Positions 34,528-42,990 of a stretch of 43,030 bases of DNA are shown here, piece by piece. A model generated the notes under the pieces. The model made no database searches. It saw only the letters and a list, made by a program, of their open reading frames with translations, and was not told the origin of the DNA. Both the position numbers and the translations under genes were made by a program. The stretch spans positions 1-43,030 of the forward strand of contig MVDB01000039.1 of NCBI GenBank assembly GCA_002050025.1. Reading direction: 5' to 3'. Within the stretch, counting starts at the first letter, position 1. Every line of letters begins with the position of its first letter. The DNA is from Desulfobacteraceae bacterium 4484_190.2. GTDB lineage: Bacteria > Desulfobacterota > DSM-4660 > Desulfatiglandales > Desulfatiglandaceae.

Positions 34528-35650
34528 TCAACCGATTCGATTCATCTTCACTGGTGTGAATGTATCGATGATCTGCGCACTGTCTTGTGCTATTATTCTA
34601 TACGGCCCTGAAGACGCCGGAACTATGAGCATTTCCCCGTCAGGTCTGGCCTTAGGCACAGGGTATTCTGAATCTTTTGTGATGATCCTGGTCTCGCCCT
34701 CCACACTGACTATAGTGTGGAAACTAAGAATATTTGTGATCTCAAGAACTGCTCCAGGCTCCATTATTATCCTGTGAACCTCAAGCCCTTTACCTTCGAA
34801 TTTCCCGGGCAGGCGCTCCACAACACAACCATTTTCATTGTTAATAATCTCAGGAAGAGCTTCTTCAGTAAAACCAGGACTCATTTCTGCGGCCCTATCA
34901 ATATCCAGCATTTTTTCTACTCCGGGTCTTTCGTATCCCGGAAAATAATACCTGACAGGATAGGTCTCACCGTCTTCAAGCGATTGTGTGGGGCCGGGTA
35001 TTTGAGGCTCCACTACTTCAATCCCGGGTCCTAATGCATGCAATGTCCCTGACGGTATTGGAATAACATCCCCGATCTTGACCACGCGGTAGTTGTAAAA
35101 CCATTCCATTGCTTTTCGCGCGTTATCCAGATCTACAACAAGTTCCCGTGTGCCTGGAACGTGATTTTTTACAGTTTCTGCGGCCAAGGCAGCATTTTTA
35201 GAGTTTTCAAGGGCCTGTTTACCGCGATCATGGCTCTCAAGAATTTTGATGAGCTTATTGAGGGCTTCTCCGTAACCTTTTAGCATCTCTCCGTACTTTT
35301 CAGCGACCCTGCCTGAATATTTTTTAACGGCTTCAAGACTGAACCCAACAATGAGTGCCGGTTTTTCTCCAGCTATTGATTTATCGATGCCCGTTACTAC
35401 CCAGAGTTCGTTTTTGGTGTCGTGAAATTGAACGGAAAGCCTTGTTTCAGGGGTCAGTATTTTGACAAGCGGAAGAGTTTTACCGAACCTTTTTATTACT
35501 TTTTTCCCGAGCACCTTCTCCATACCAGTATTCGCCTACCCCCTTTACCCCCCATACCTTAGGTTGCCTGTAGGGATGGATATATAAAGGCAAACCCCGA
35601 ATTGTGTCGCTAATAACTTTTTCCAGCGGGAAAACAATATCTTGAACCAT
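34528..35650 (-). pseudogene. Type I mannose-6-phosphate isomerase (cupin), frameshifted near the 5' end (or a sequencing error)
   Basis: A 56-codon ORF at 35480-35650 encodes the PMI N-terminus (...KVWGVKGVGEYWYGE...). The main ORF 34528-35523 carries LPLVKIL...LSVQFH and IPSGTLHALGPGIEVVEPQ. The two frames overlap across a T6/A6 run at 35500-35505. Confidence 0.55.
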
Positions 35651-35667
35651 CTTATCGCCGTATTACT

Positions 35668-36612
35668 TCAAGTGTTTAATACTAAAGTCATAGTGTCTGC
35701 ATCGATATTGCCGCCACTTATTATGACGCCTACTTGCCCCTTTGGTGATACCTTGCGGCTTAACAAAGCTGCCACTCCCAGAGCGCCTGAAGGCTCCACC
35801 ACCAGCTTCATCCGATAAAACAGGAACTTAACAGCTTCAATAATCTCTGTTTCCGATACCGTTCTCATATCATCGACATACTTCAAGACCAATGGAAACG
35901 TCATCTCTCCGAGAGAAGGCGTACGAGTTCCATCGGCAATGGTGGGTGGGTTTCTGACAGTGTGGAGTGTCTTTGTATGAAAGGATTTTGTAGCGTCATC
36001 GGCCAGTTCAGGTTCAATGCCAACAACTCGGCAGGATGGCTCAATGCCTTTGCTTGCAATGGCCGACCCGCTAAGGAGTCCGCCGCCGCCACAGGGAACC
36101 AGCAGCATATTGAGTGTCTTGACTTCTGCAAACAACTCCAGGGTGGCTGTTCCCTGGCCAGCGATAACGTCTAAGTGATCGTAAGGCGGCACTATTGCAT
36201 AACCGTGCTCGACTGCAAGAGCCTTTGCAATCTCTTCACGGGTAGCTTTTTGAGGATCGTACTCGACAACGGTTGCACCATACTCCTCAGTAGCAACGCG
36301 TTTTGTAGCGGGTGCATCATTCGGCATTACTACCGTGGTCCTGATTCCCAGTAACGTTCCCACGAGTGCGACTGCCTGTGCATGGTTTCCTGAGGAGTAG
36401 GTAATGACCCCTCGATCTTTATCAGCATCTGAAAGCCGAGACATGGCGTTAAAAGCCCCACGAAACTTGAACGCACCCATCCTCTGGAAATTCTCACACT
36501 TTAAGTATACTTCCACCCCAACCAGCCTGTTGAGCGTTCGAGAGGTCATAATCGGAGTGATATTTGCGTAATCTCGCAGTCGTTCCTTAGCCGCTTTTAT
36601 GCGCTCAAACAT
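35668..36612 (-). CDS. PLP-dependent serine/threonine dehydratase family enzyme
   Basis: PLP-lysine motif ENFQRMGAFKFRGA, SSGNHAQA, and a glycine loop PCGGGGLLSG. The ATG at 36612 has GGAG 6 nt upstream. Confidence 0.85.
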   Translation of the reverse strand: MFERIKAAKERLRDYANITPIMTSRTLNRLVGVEVYLKCENFQRMGAFKFRGAFNAMSRLSDADKDRGVITYSSGNHAQAVALVGTLLGIRTTVVMPNDAPATKRVATEEYGATVVEYDPQKATREEIAKALAVEHGYAIVPPYDHLDVIAGQGTATLELFAEVKTLNMLLVPCGGGGLLSGSAIASKGIEPSCRVVGIEPELADDATKSFHTKTLHTVRNPPTIADGTRTPSLGEMTFPLVLKYVDDMRTVSETEIIEAVKFLFYRMKLVVEPSGALGVAALLSRKVSPKGQVGVIISGGNIDADTMTLVLNT

Positions 36613-36793
36613 ATGTTCTCCAGTTTCTTTGGTCAAACCCTGATTGAGCAAAAACCCAATTAGGGAGCTGTCAGCGATCATCACTCAGTTAATGAATTTG
36701 AAACGTGGATGTATATTTCACCTATGTCAGTTTTATAAACTTTGGGTTAGGAGTACTGACCTGACTGCTAATTGCTGAATACTGATTGCTCCC

Positions 36794-36815
36794 AATTGAG
36801 CGTTTTCGCTCAATT
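36794..36815. promoter_or_regulatory. Perfect 9-bp inverted repeat in a divergent intergenic region
   Basis: aattgagcg-tttt-cgctcaatt lies between the dehydratase (-) and the aldo-keto reductase (+). It is preceded by repeated TGCT motifs (ctgactgctaattgctgaatactgattgct). Confidence 0.3.
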
Positions 36816-36956
36816 ACAGTAATACTATTTTTGCTTATAACATATTTTGTCAAATTACTCAAAATTATAAGATACGAATAAAGGACTTGACAAAAAGGTT
36901 GCTATAAGCGCCAATGAATGGAGGAATACTAAGTTACCAAAAGGCTGGTGATAAAC

Positions 36957-37916
36957 ATGAAGCTACACTCGCTCGGAATGTCAGATGTAAAGATTACGCC
37001 TATCATCATGGGCACATGGCAGGCAGGCAAACGCATGTGGGCAGGTATTGATGACGCCGAGATAACCAAGGCGATCCGAGCCGCCTTTGACTCCGGCATT
37101 ACCACGTTCGACACAGCCGAGGAATATGGGTGGGGTCATTCCGAGCGCATCCTGGGGAAAGCACTGAGCGATGTCCGACATCAGGTGGTTTACGCGACCA
37201 AGATATTTCCCAATCATCTCAAATACGACCAGGTCATTGAGAGGTGTCACCGCTCCCTAAAAAACCTGAACACTCATTATATTGACCTTTATCAAATACA
37301 TTGGCCTGCCGGTTCCTGGGGCACCAAAGTGGTACCGATCCAGGAGACCATGCGGGCCATGAATGAACTCCTGCAACAGGGAAAGATCCGGGCAATCGGT
37401 GTCTCAAATTTCTCTTACAGTCAATTAGAGGAAGCAGCCCAGTTCGCTCGTGTCGACAGCCTGCAACCGCCCTACTCCCTTTTCTGGCGGCATGTGGAAA
37501 AAGACGCCATGCCTTACTGTATTGAGAATAATATCACCATTCTTGCCTATTCTTCTATGGCCCAGGGGATCTTAACGGGCAAATTTGGCCCGGGCCACAA
37601 GTTTGCCAAAGGAGATCACCGGTCGAAACACAAGCTGTTTAAGCGGGAGAACTTCAAACGGGTTCAGCATGCACTGAACAGGCTTCGTCCCATTGCAGAT
37701 CGATATGACTTTACCCTTGGGCAACTGGCGCTTGCCTGGGTTGTTGCGCATAAAGGGGTGTGCGCTATTGCAGGGGCACGCAACGCCGAGCAGGTCTTAC
37801 AAAACGCCAAAGCGGCCGAAGGACATATATCTGACACAGAATTAAAAGAAATGGACACCATTAGCCGGAGCGTGACAGACTGTCTAAATGCTGATCCGGT
37901 CATGTGGGAATTTTAA
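36957..37916 (+). CDS. Aldo/keto reductase
   Basis: FDTAEEYG.G.SE..LG, LYQIHWP, IGVSNF and other AKR signatures. 319 aa. Confidence 0.9.
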   Translation: MKLHSLGMSDVKITPIIMGTWQAGKRMWAGIDDAEITKAIRAAFDSGITTFDTAEEYGWGHSERILGKALSDVRHQVVYATKIFPNHLKYDQVIERCHRSLKNLNTHYIDLYQIHWPAGSWGTKVVPIQETMRAMNELLQQGKIRAIGVSNFSYSQLEEAAQFARVDSLQPPYSLFWRHVEKDAMPYCIENNITILAYSSMAQGILTGKFGPGHKFAKGDHRSKHKLFKRENFKRVQHALNRLRPIADRYDFTLGQLALAWVVAHKGVCAIAGARNAEQVLQNAKAAEGHISDTELKEMDTISRSVTDCLNADPVMWEF

Positions 37917-37928
37917 TTCAGGCCTGCT

Positions 37929-38735
37929 TCAAGAGCAAATCCTCAGCAAAGCATCGGGATCCGCATCGCTGCGAATCCCAAGACGCGTGAGAGCAAAATC
38001 ATAACGCACCGGGTCCTCTGGCTTGATTCGTCGAAATGCACCGGTGATCTCTTTGACGGTACGCATGTCCGCATTTTTTCGATGTGTCATTTTTAACAGG
38101 GAACATATGCGTTGCATGTGAGTATCCAATGGCACCATCAACTTTCCTGTCGGTATCCCCAGCCATCCGCCCGGATCAACATGATCTTTCCTCACCATCC
38201 AGCGCAGAAAAAGGTTCAATCTTTTGCAGGCGCTCCCCTTTGCAGGTACAGGTAAAAGGCTATTGCCGTGACCGTTGAATAATGCAGTCAATTCACTCAC
38301 CAGAAACGAAAGCGCAGGGAGGATATCTTCATCATCAACCTTGAAGCCTTTAAGAAAACATGCGTAAAGAGAACCATAACGGTCAATTACGCTCTTTACA
38401 CCGTCAAGCATCCCCGTGAGGTCCTTACTGGTGGTAAATCGATGTTTGAAATCTTTAAACGTCCTTTGAAGGGATACAGGCGTGGAATGTTTAATAAAAT
38501 CATACGGAGAGGGTCCCATTTTTTCGAGAACAGATCCGACGCTTTTAAGGATCTGAGCCACTCTCCCATAGGCGAGGGATGAGGCTACGATGCCAACAAT
38601 TTCCCTATCCCGTGGAGCAGTATATTGGTAAAGGAATTCGAGAGGGTCTGGGTGTACCCATTTACGAGAATTATAGGTGTCATAAAGCTCATCGAGTCGG
38701 GTCTTGCTGATTATCGGGGCATGATCTGCCTTCAT
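37929..38735 (-). CDS. TIGR02757 (DUF2400) family protein
   Basis: EIVGIVASSLAYGRV, GSACKRLNLFLRWMVRKD.VDPGGW and PLDTHM...DPVRYDFAL match the family as I recall it. The gene has a 4-nt overlap with the upstream ferredoxin gene. Confidence 0.8.
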   Translation of the reverse strand: MKADHAPIISKTRLDELYDTYNSRKWVHPDPLEFLYQYTAPRDREIVGIVASSLAYGRVAQILKSVGSVLEKMGPSPYDFIKHSTPVSLQRTFKDFKHRFTTSKDLTGMLDGVKSVIDRYGSLYACFLKGFKVDDEDILPALSFLVSELTALFNGHGNSLLPVPAKGSACKRLNLFLRWMVRKDHVDPGGWLGIPTGKLMVPLDTHMQRICSLLKMTHRKNADMRTVKEITGAFRRIKPEDPVRYDFALTRLGIRSDADPDALLRICS

Positions 38736-38929
38736 TCGTTTTCCCAGGCTATACAGTCATTCGGGCAAATACATATGGCCTCACTGACCTCATCCTCAGG
38801 GTACAGGGCAAGGTCCGCAACTTCTATAAGACCTGTTCCTTTGTTTCTTCTAAAGACCTCGGGGCAAATTTCCAGGCATGAATCGCAATCTGTGCATTGA
38901 CTCAAATCGATGACAGGAACTTTTTTCAC
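38732..38929 (-). CDS. Small [4Fe-4S]/[3Fe-4S] ferredoxin
   Basis: CTDCDSCLEICP ... CICPNDC in 65 aa. GTG start with GAAGG upstream. Confidence 0.8.
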   Translation of the reverse strand: MKKVPVIDLSQCTDCDSCLEICPEVFRRNKGTGLIEVADLALYPEDEVSEAICICPNDCIAWENE

Positions 38930-38939
38930 TTCAACCTTC

Positions 38940-39041
38940 GTAAGTTCTCAATAAGTTCAGCCTATATTACAAAAATCCCCCTCAATCCCCCTTTACAAAA
39001 GGGGGAAGCAGTAGGAATGCCGAGACTTATTGAGATGTTAC
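38940..39041. mobile_element. Family 1 MITE-like element, copy C
   Basis: gtaagttctcaataagttcag...ccccctttacaaaaggggg...cttattgagatgttac. It lies between the rubredoxin stop and the ferredoxin start, and its left end is 10 nt from the ferredoxin GTG. Confidence 0.75.
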
Positions 39042-39092
39042 CAATCTTCTTCAGTAAGCCCGGAAAATTATAGGCCCGGTTGTCCTTGTGGT

Positions 39093-39254
39093 TTATTCCT
39101 CTTTTTCAAAATCAGATTTTCCTGCCCCGCATACCGGGCACTCCCAGTCATCAGGCAGGTCATCGAATTTGGTCCCGGGCTCTATGCCATTATCCGGGTC
39201 TCCTTCAGCAGGATCATACACATATCCACAAACAGAACACACATACTTATCCAT
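39093..39254 (-). CDS. Rubredoxin (53 aa; absent from the ORF track because it is under 60 aa)
   Basis: Hand translation gives [53 protein letters not shown], with CxxCG...CPxCG. AAGGAGG lies 5 nt upstream. Confidence 0.9.
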   Translation of the reverse strand: MDKYVCSVCGYVYDPAEGDPDNGIEPGTKFDDLPDDWECPVCGAGKSDFEKEE

Positions 39255-39289
39255 ATTTCCTCCTTGTTTAGTGACTTATCTATTGATTA

Positions 39290-39314
39290 ACACAGCCTCC
39301 CTTGGAGGCTGTGT
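39290..39314 (-). promoter_or_regulatory. Perfect 11-bp stem / 3-nt loop hairpin in the rubredoxin leader
   Basis: acacagcctcc-ctt-ggaggctgtgt lies 36 nt upstream of the rubredoxin ATG. There is no adjacent T-run on either strand. Confidence 0.4.
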
Positions 39315-39333
39315 GAGAATGAGATATTTTTTC

Positions 39334-39434
39334 CAAGATCAAGGAAGGCGAAAATTATAACCATCCCGCTTAAATACAGCGGGACAGGCATCCATACATT
39401 GAAGTATTTCGAGGATTATAATTTGAGCCTGACG
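39334..39434. repeat. Family 2 repeat, copy E2 (with an inserted TCCCGC-N9-GCGGGA hairpin at 39364-39384)
   Basis: Aligns with 12981-13055 on both sides of the insertion. A second hairpin, TCCCGC-tatta-GCGGGA, abuts it at 39435-39451. Confidence 0.6.
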
Positions 39435-39640
39435 TCCCGCTATTAGCGGGAGGGAAAATAGCCATTCTCGGACAGTGGCAGAGATAATGCATCTGTTCTG
39501 CTAAAAACACCGTACAGAATTGTATATAAAAATAGGGAACATAATGCGTGATGTCAAGCCGTATTGAGGCATATGGCATATATTACCCCCTATTTTCAAC
39601 TTTGAATATGTAATGCTCTACCTATAAGTAGAATTCTTTT

Positions 39641-39720
39641 TCTCAGACATATCCCATTGCTTGCAAAATATTTTCTATTCTCTCAGACATATCCCATTGC
39701 TTGCAAAATATTTTCTATTC
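39641..39720. repeat. Perfect tandem duplication of a 40-bp unit
   Basis: tctcagacatatcccattgcttgcaaaatattttctattc occurs at 39641-39680 and again at 39681-39720. The next 3 nt restart the unit. Confidence 0.95.
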
Positions 39721-39818
39721 TCTTTATCCAAAAATAGATAACAGCTTGATATTATTGTAATCTTTAAAGAAATAACTTTATTAACTGATTTTGCATATTT
39801 CTTGCACAGAGTAGAAGT

Positions 39819-39989
39819 ATGCAAAGCGCCAAAAGGACTATAACTAAAAAGGACACACCCGAAAAGGCCATGGATCTCTTTGAAATCCTGAACAGCATGC
39901 GCCAAGATCAACAACAGCTTGATAGGAAAATAGCCGAATTAAGATGTAAAACACGTACAACCAAAGAACAAGTAATAAAAGAGAGATAA
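39819..39989 (+). CDS. Possible 56-aa basic/coiled-coil small protein
   Basis: ATG...TAA ORF: MQSAKRTITKKDTPEKAMDLFEILNSMRQDQQQLDRKIAELRCKTRTTKEQVIKER. The RBS is weak and I recognise no homology. Confidence 0.25.
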   Translation: MQSAKRTITKKDTPEKAMDLFEILNSMRQDQQQLDRKIAELRCKTRTTKEQVIKER

Positions 39990-40028
39990 TGAGGCCTGGA
40001 GGTTGTGAAAATTATTAAGGAGGTTGCC

Positions 40029-40151
40029 ATGTTCTGGTTATATATTATAGCTGGGTGTCTTGTAGTATTATCGTTACTTTTTATTGCTCTTCACTTAATA
40101 GCGAAAATTCGCAATAGTTATGCAAGGTCACATTTTGACATTGCCTATTGA
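40029..40151 (+). CDS. Possible 40-aa single-TM peptide
   Basis: MFWLYIIAGCLVVLSLLFIALHLIAKIRNSYARSHFDIAY. A strong AAGGAGG lies 6 nt upstream of the ATG. Not in the ORF track because it is under 60 aa. Confidence 0.4.
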   Translation: MFWLYIIAGCLVVLSLLFIALHLIAKIRNSYARSHFDIAY

Positions 40152-40195
40152 CATACCTCATAAGGCATAGTCATACATTTGCGAAAGGGCGTCTA

Positions 40196-40894
40196 TCAGC
40201 GGACAATGCACTTTTTTACCCATGGGTCTGCTATCGATTTAAAAGTCATAAGCTCATCGTCGTCATAGGTAGCATTTCCTTCTTGAAAAAACTCAGGGTG
40301 TAACACACCGGTATTATTAAAGCGTTGCAGGGCATACAGCATAGAGCCTTTTATGGTCGTTGCAATATTCTCAACAGCCTCTGCATCTACTATCGGTTTT
40401 ACACATGTGGTTCTGAACTCATAGGCTAAAGCCGAATCCATGATGATTTGGATGCTTGAAAGTATTGAATCAGGGTCGAAGTCTTTTTTTATAGATGGAG
40501 GATAGTGTAGCGGATCGGTTTTGATGTCCATGGCAATGTAGTCCACAAGGCCTTCATCAACAAGTTCCTTCACTGCCTGTGGCCGGCTGCCGTTTGTATC
40601 TAACTTGACAGGGTACCCCATTCTCTTAATTCTCTCACAAAGGTAAACAAGGTCTTTCTGAAGAGTTGGTTCTCCTCCGGAAACAACCACTCCGTCCAGA
40701 AATTCTTTGCGTCTTTCCAGAAATTCAAAGATCGCCTCTCCATTTAAGGAGGGGGAGGCCACTGGACTGCCCTTCACAAGACTCGGATTGTGACAATAGG
40801 GGCAATCAAAGTTGCATCCTGAGACAAAAAGGACACAGCTTATCCTCCCGGGATAATCGATAAATGAATTCTTTTGTAGGCCCCCGAAAATCAT
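40196..40894 (-). CDS. nrdG: Anaerobic ribonucleotide reductase activating protein (radical SAM)
   Basis: F.DYPGRISCVLFVSGCNFDCPYCHNP (CxxxCxxC) and GVVVSGGEPT, immediately downstream of nrdD. Confidence 0.9.
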   Translation of the reverse strand: MIFGGLQKNSFIDYPGRISCVLFVSGCNFDCPYCHNPSLVKGSPVASPSLNGEAIFEFLERRKEFLDGVVVSGGEPTLQKDLVYLCERIKRMGYPVKLDTNGSRPQAVKELVDEGLVDYIAMDIKTDPLHYPPSIKKDFDPDSILSSIQIIMDSALAYEFRTTCVKPIVDAEAVENIATTIKGSMLYALQRFNNTGVLHPEFFQEGNATYDDDELMTFKSIADPWVKKCIVR

Positions 40895-40899
40895 GTTTT

Positions 40900-42990
40900 T
40901 TACTCAATATTGAACATTTTTCTCATGCCAAATTCAGCCTGCTTGCCGTTATTCCATTGTTTGACAGGTCTCAAATAACCAACAACCCTTGAATAAACCT
41001 CCGTCTCCTCCCCGCAAACGGGGCACGCTTCCTGTTTTCCATTCAGGTAGCCGTGTGAAGGGCAGACGCTAAAGGTTGGGGTAAGAGTGAAATAGGGGAG
41101 GCTGAAATTGGTTACGACTTTCTTAATAAGCCCCTTTATGACCTCAATGTCCTTGATCTGCTCTCCCAGGTAAATATGAAGGACTGTCCCACCAGTGTAT
41201 TTCCCCTGCAGTTCATCCTGAAGCGCCAGTGTTTCAAAAATATCGTCTGTGCAATTTACCGGGAGCTGGCTGGAGTTGGTGTAAAAAGGAGCGGCTCCTT
41301 TTCCGTATACATCTTCGTTGGCGCAAATGATTTCGTGGGCCAGTTTTTTGTCGAGCATGGCAAGCCGATACGATGTGCCTTCGGCAGGGGTCGCCTCGAG
41401 GTTAAAGATATCTCCCGTCTCCTCCTGGATCCCTGCAATCATGTCCCGCAAAAAATCCATAACTTTAAGGGCAAAATTCAGACCTTCTTCATTTGCGATA
41501 TCTTTGCCCAAAAAATTCAGGCATGTCTCGTTCATCCCCAGAATCCCTATGGTAGAAAAGTGATTCTTCCAGTAAAGCCCTGTACCCTGCTTGATCTGTC
41601 TTAAATAAAACCTTGAGTAAGGATAAAGGTTTTCCTCCGTAAATTTTTCCAGGACCTTCCGTTTTATACCCAGGCTTTGTTTTGCAAGAAGCACTATTTT
41701 TCTCAAGCGTTCAAAAAAGTCATTCTCATTTTCAGAAAAATACCCTATCCTGGGAAGGTTAATAGTGACAACGCCAATTGACCCCGTAAGTGGATTTGCC
41801 CCAAACAGCCCTCCGCCCCTCTTTAACAGCTCCCTGTTGTCGAGACGGAGGCGGCAGCACATGGATCTCGCATCTTCAGGTGACATGTCAGAATTGACAA
41901 AATTTGAAAAATAGGGGATCCCATATTTCCCAGTCATCTTCCAGACCATTTCAAGATTCGGGTTGTCCCAGTCAAAGTCTGCTGTAATGTTATATGTGGG
42001 TATCGGAAATGTAAAAACTCTTCCCCTGGCATCGCCCTCCATCATGACCTCGGCAAAGGCCATGTTTATCATGTCCATTTCCGCCTGAAAGGAGGAATAG
42101 GTCTCCTTTTGTTCAGCCCCCCCGATGATCACTAACTGGTCTTTCAAAGTAGATGGTACGTTGAGATCCATAGTAATGTTGGTAAATGGAGTCTGGAAAC
42201 CAACGCGCGTGGGGATATTAATATTAAAGATAAATTCCTGGAGGGCCTGTTTTACCTCCCTATATTTCAAGTTATCATAGCGCACAAATGGGGAAAGGAG
42301 CGTATCAAAATTGGAAATTGCCTGGGCTCCTGCTGCTTCACCCTGTAGCGTGTAGAAAAAATTGACTATCTGCCCCAGAGCAGACCTGAGATGTTTAGGG
42401 GGAGCGCTTTCAACCTTTCCCTCAACACCCTTGAATCCCTGTTCCAGCAAATCCTTAAGATCCCATCCCACGCAATAGACAGAAAGGAGACTCAAGTCGT
42501 GTATGTGAAAATCCCCTTCCTTATGTGCGTGCCTGATCTCAGGAGGATAAATACGATTGAGCCAATACTCCGAAGTAACATCGGAAGAAAGGTAATTATT
42601 CAATCCCTGGAGAGAATAGCACATGTTGCTGTTTTCCTTGATTTTCCAGTCCAGTTTTTGAATATAATGTTCAACCATATCAACACTTGCCTTGGCCGCA
42701 ATTTTCCTTATCTGGGCATGTTGTTCGCGATACAGGATATATGCCTTGGCAGATTTGTGGAACGGGGAGTCAAGAAGAATCCTTTCTACAATATCCTGAA
42801 TTTCTTCCACCTCCGGAAGCGCAGTGAGACGCATTTCGTGGGCCAAGGTCAGGACCCGGAGTGTGAGTTTCCTTGCATCTCTTTCTCCAAATTCCCCGGT
42901 TGCTTTTCCGGCCTGAGCAATTGCTGTGTTAATTTTTGATGAATCGAACTCCGCAAATCTTCCATCACGTTTTCTTACACTCTCAAACAT
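40900..42990 (-). CDS. nrdD: Anaerobic ribonucleoside-triphosphate reductase (class III), with N-terminal ATP-cone
   Basis: ATP-cone V.KRDGR...FD..KI, a C-terminal Zn site CP.HGY...CP.CG, and the glycyl-radical tail RVVGYLRPV. Start taken at the ATG at 42990, which has GAGGTGG 5 nt upstream. Confidence 0.92.
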   Translation of the reverse strand: MFESVRKRDGRFAEFDSSKINTAIAQAGKATGEFGERDARKLTLRVLTLAHEMRLTALPEVEEIQDIVERILLDSPFHKSAKAYILYREQHAQIRKIAAKASVDMVEHYIQKLDWKIKENSNMCYSLQGLNNYLSSDVTSEYWLNRIYPPEIRHAHKEGDFHIHDLSLLSVYCVGWDLKDLLEQGFKGVEGKVESAPPKHLRSALGQIVNFFYTLQGEAAGAQAISNFDTLLSPFVRYDNLKYREVKQALQEFIFNINIPTRVGFQTPFTNITMDLNVPSTLKDQLVIIGGAEQKETYSSFQAEMDMINMAFAEVMMEGDARGRVFTFPIPTYNITADFDWDNPNLEMVWKMTGKYGIPYFSNFVNSDMSPEDARSMCCRLRLDNRELLKRGGGLFGANPLTGSIGVVTINLPRIGYFSENENDFFERLRKIVLLAKQSLGIKRKVLEKFTEENLYPYSRFYLRQIKQGTGLYWKNHFSTIGILGMNETCLNFLGKDIANEEGLNFALKVMDFLRDMIAGIQEETGDIFNLEATPAEGTSYRLAMLDKKLAHEIICANEDVYGKGAAPFYTNSSQLPVNCTDDIFETLALQDELQGKYTGGTVLHIYLGEQIKDIEVIKGLIKKVVTNFSLPYFTLTPTFSVCPSHGYLNGKQEACPVCGEETEVYSRVVGYLRPVKQWNNGKQAEFGMRKMFNIE

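Noticed and set aside
39030-39579. Several 60-90-aa ORFs in the track (39030-39290, 39080-39271, 39088-39360 on +; 39370-39579 on -; also 39675-39914 on -).
   Set aside because: The + strand ORFs are antisense to the clear rubredoxin gene. The others run through repeat E2, its hairpins or the 40-bp tandem repeat, and they give low-complexity translations.
39641-39720. Possibility that the 40-bp repeats, or the 4154-4249 palindromes, are a CRISPR array.
   Set aside because: The 40-bp units are directly adjacent with no spacers and there are only two copies. The 4154-4249 units are operator-like palindromes around a promoter. No cas genes are in the window.
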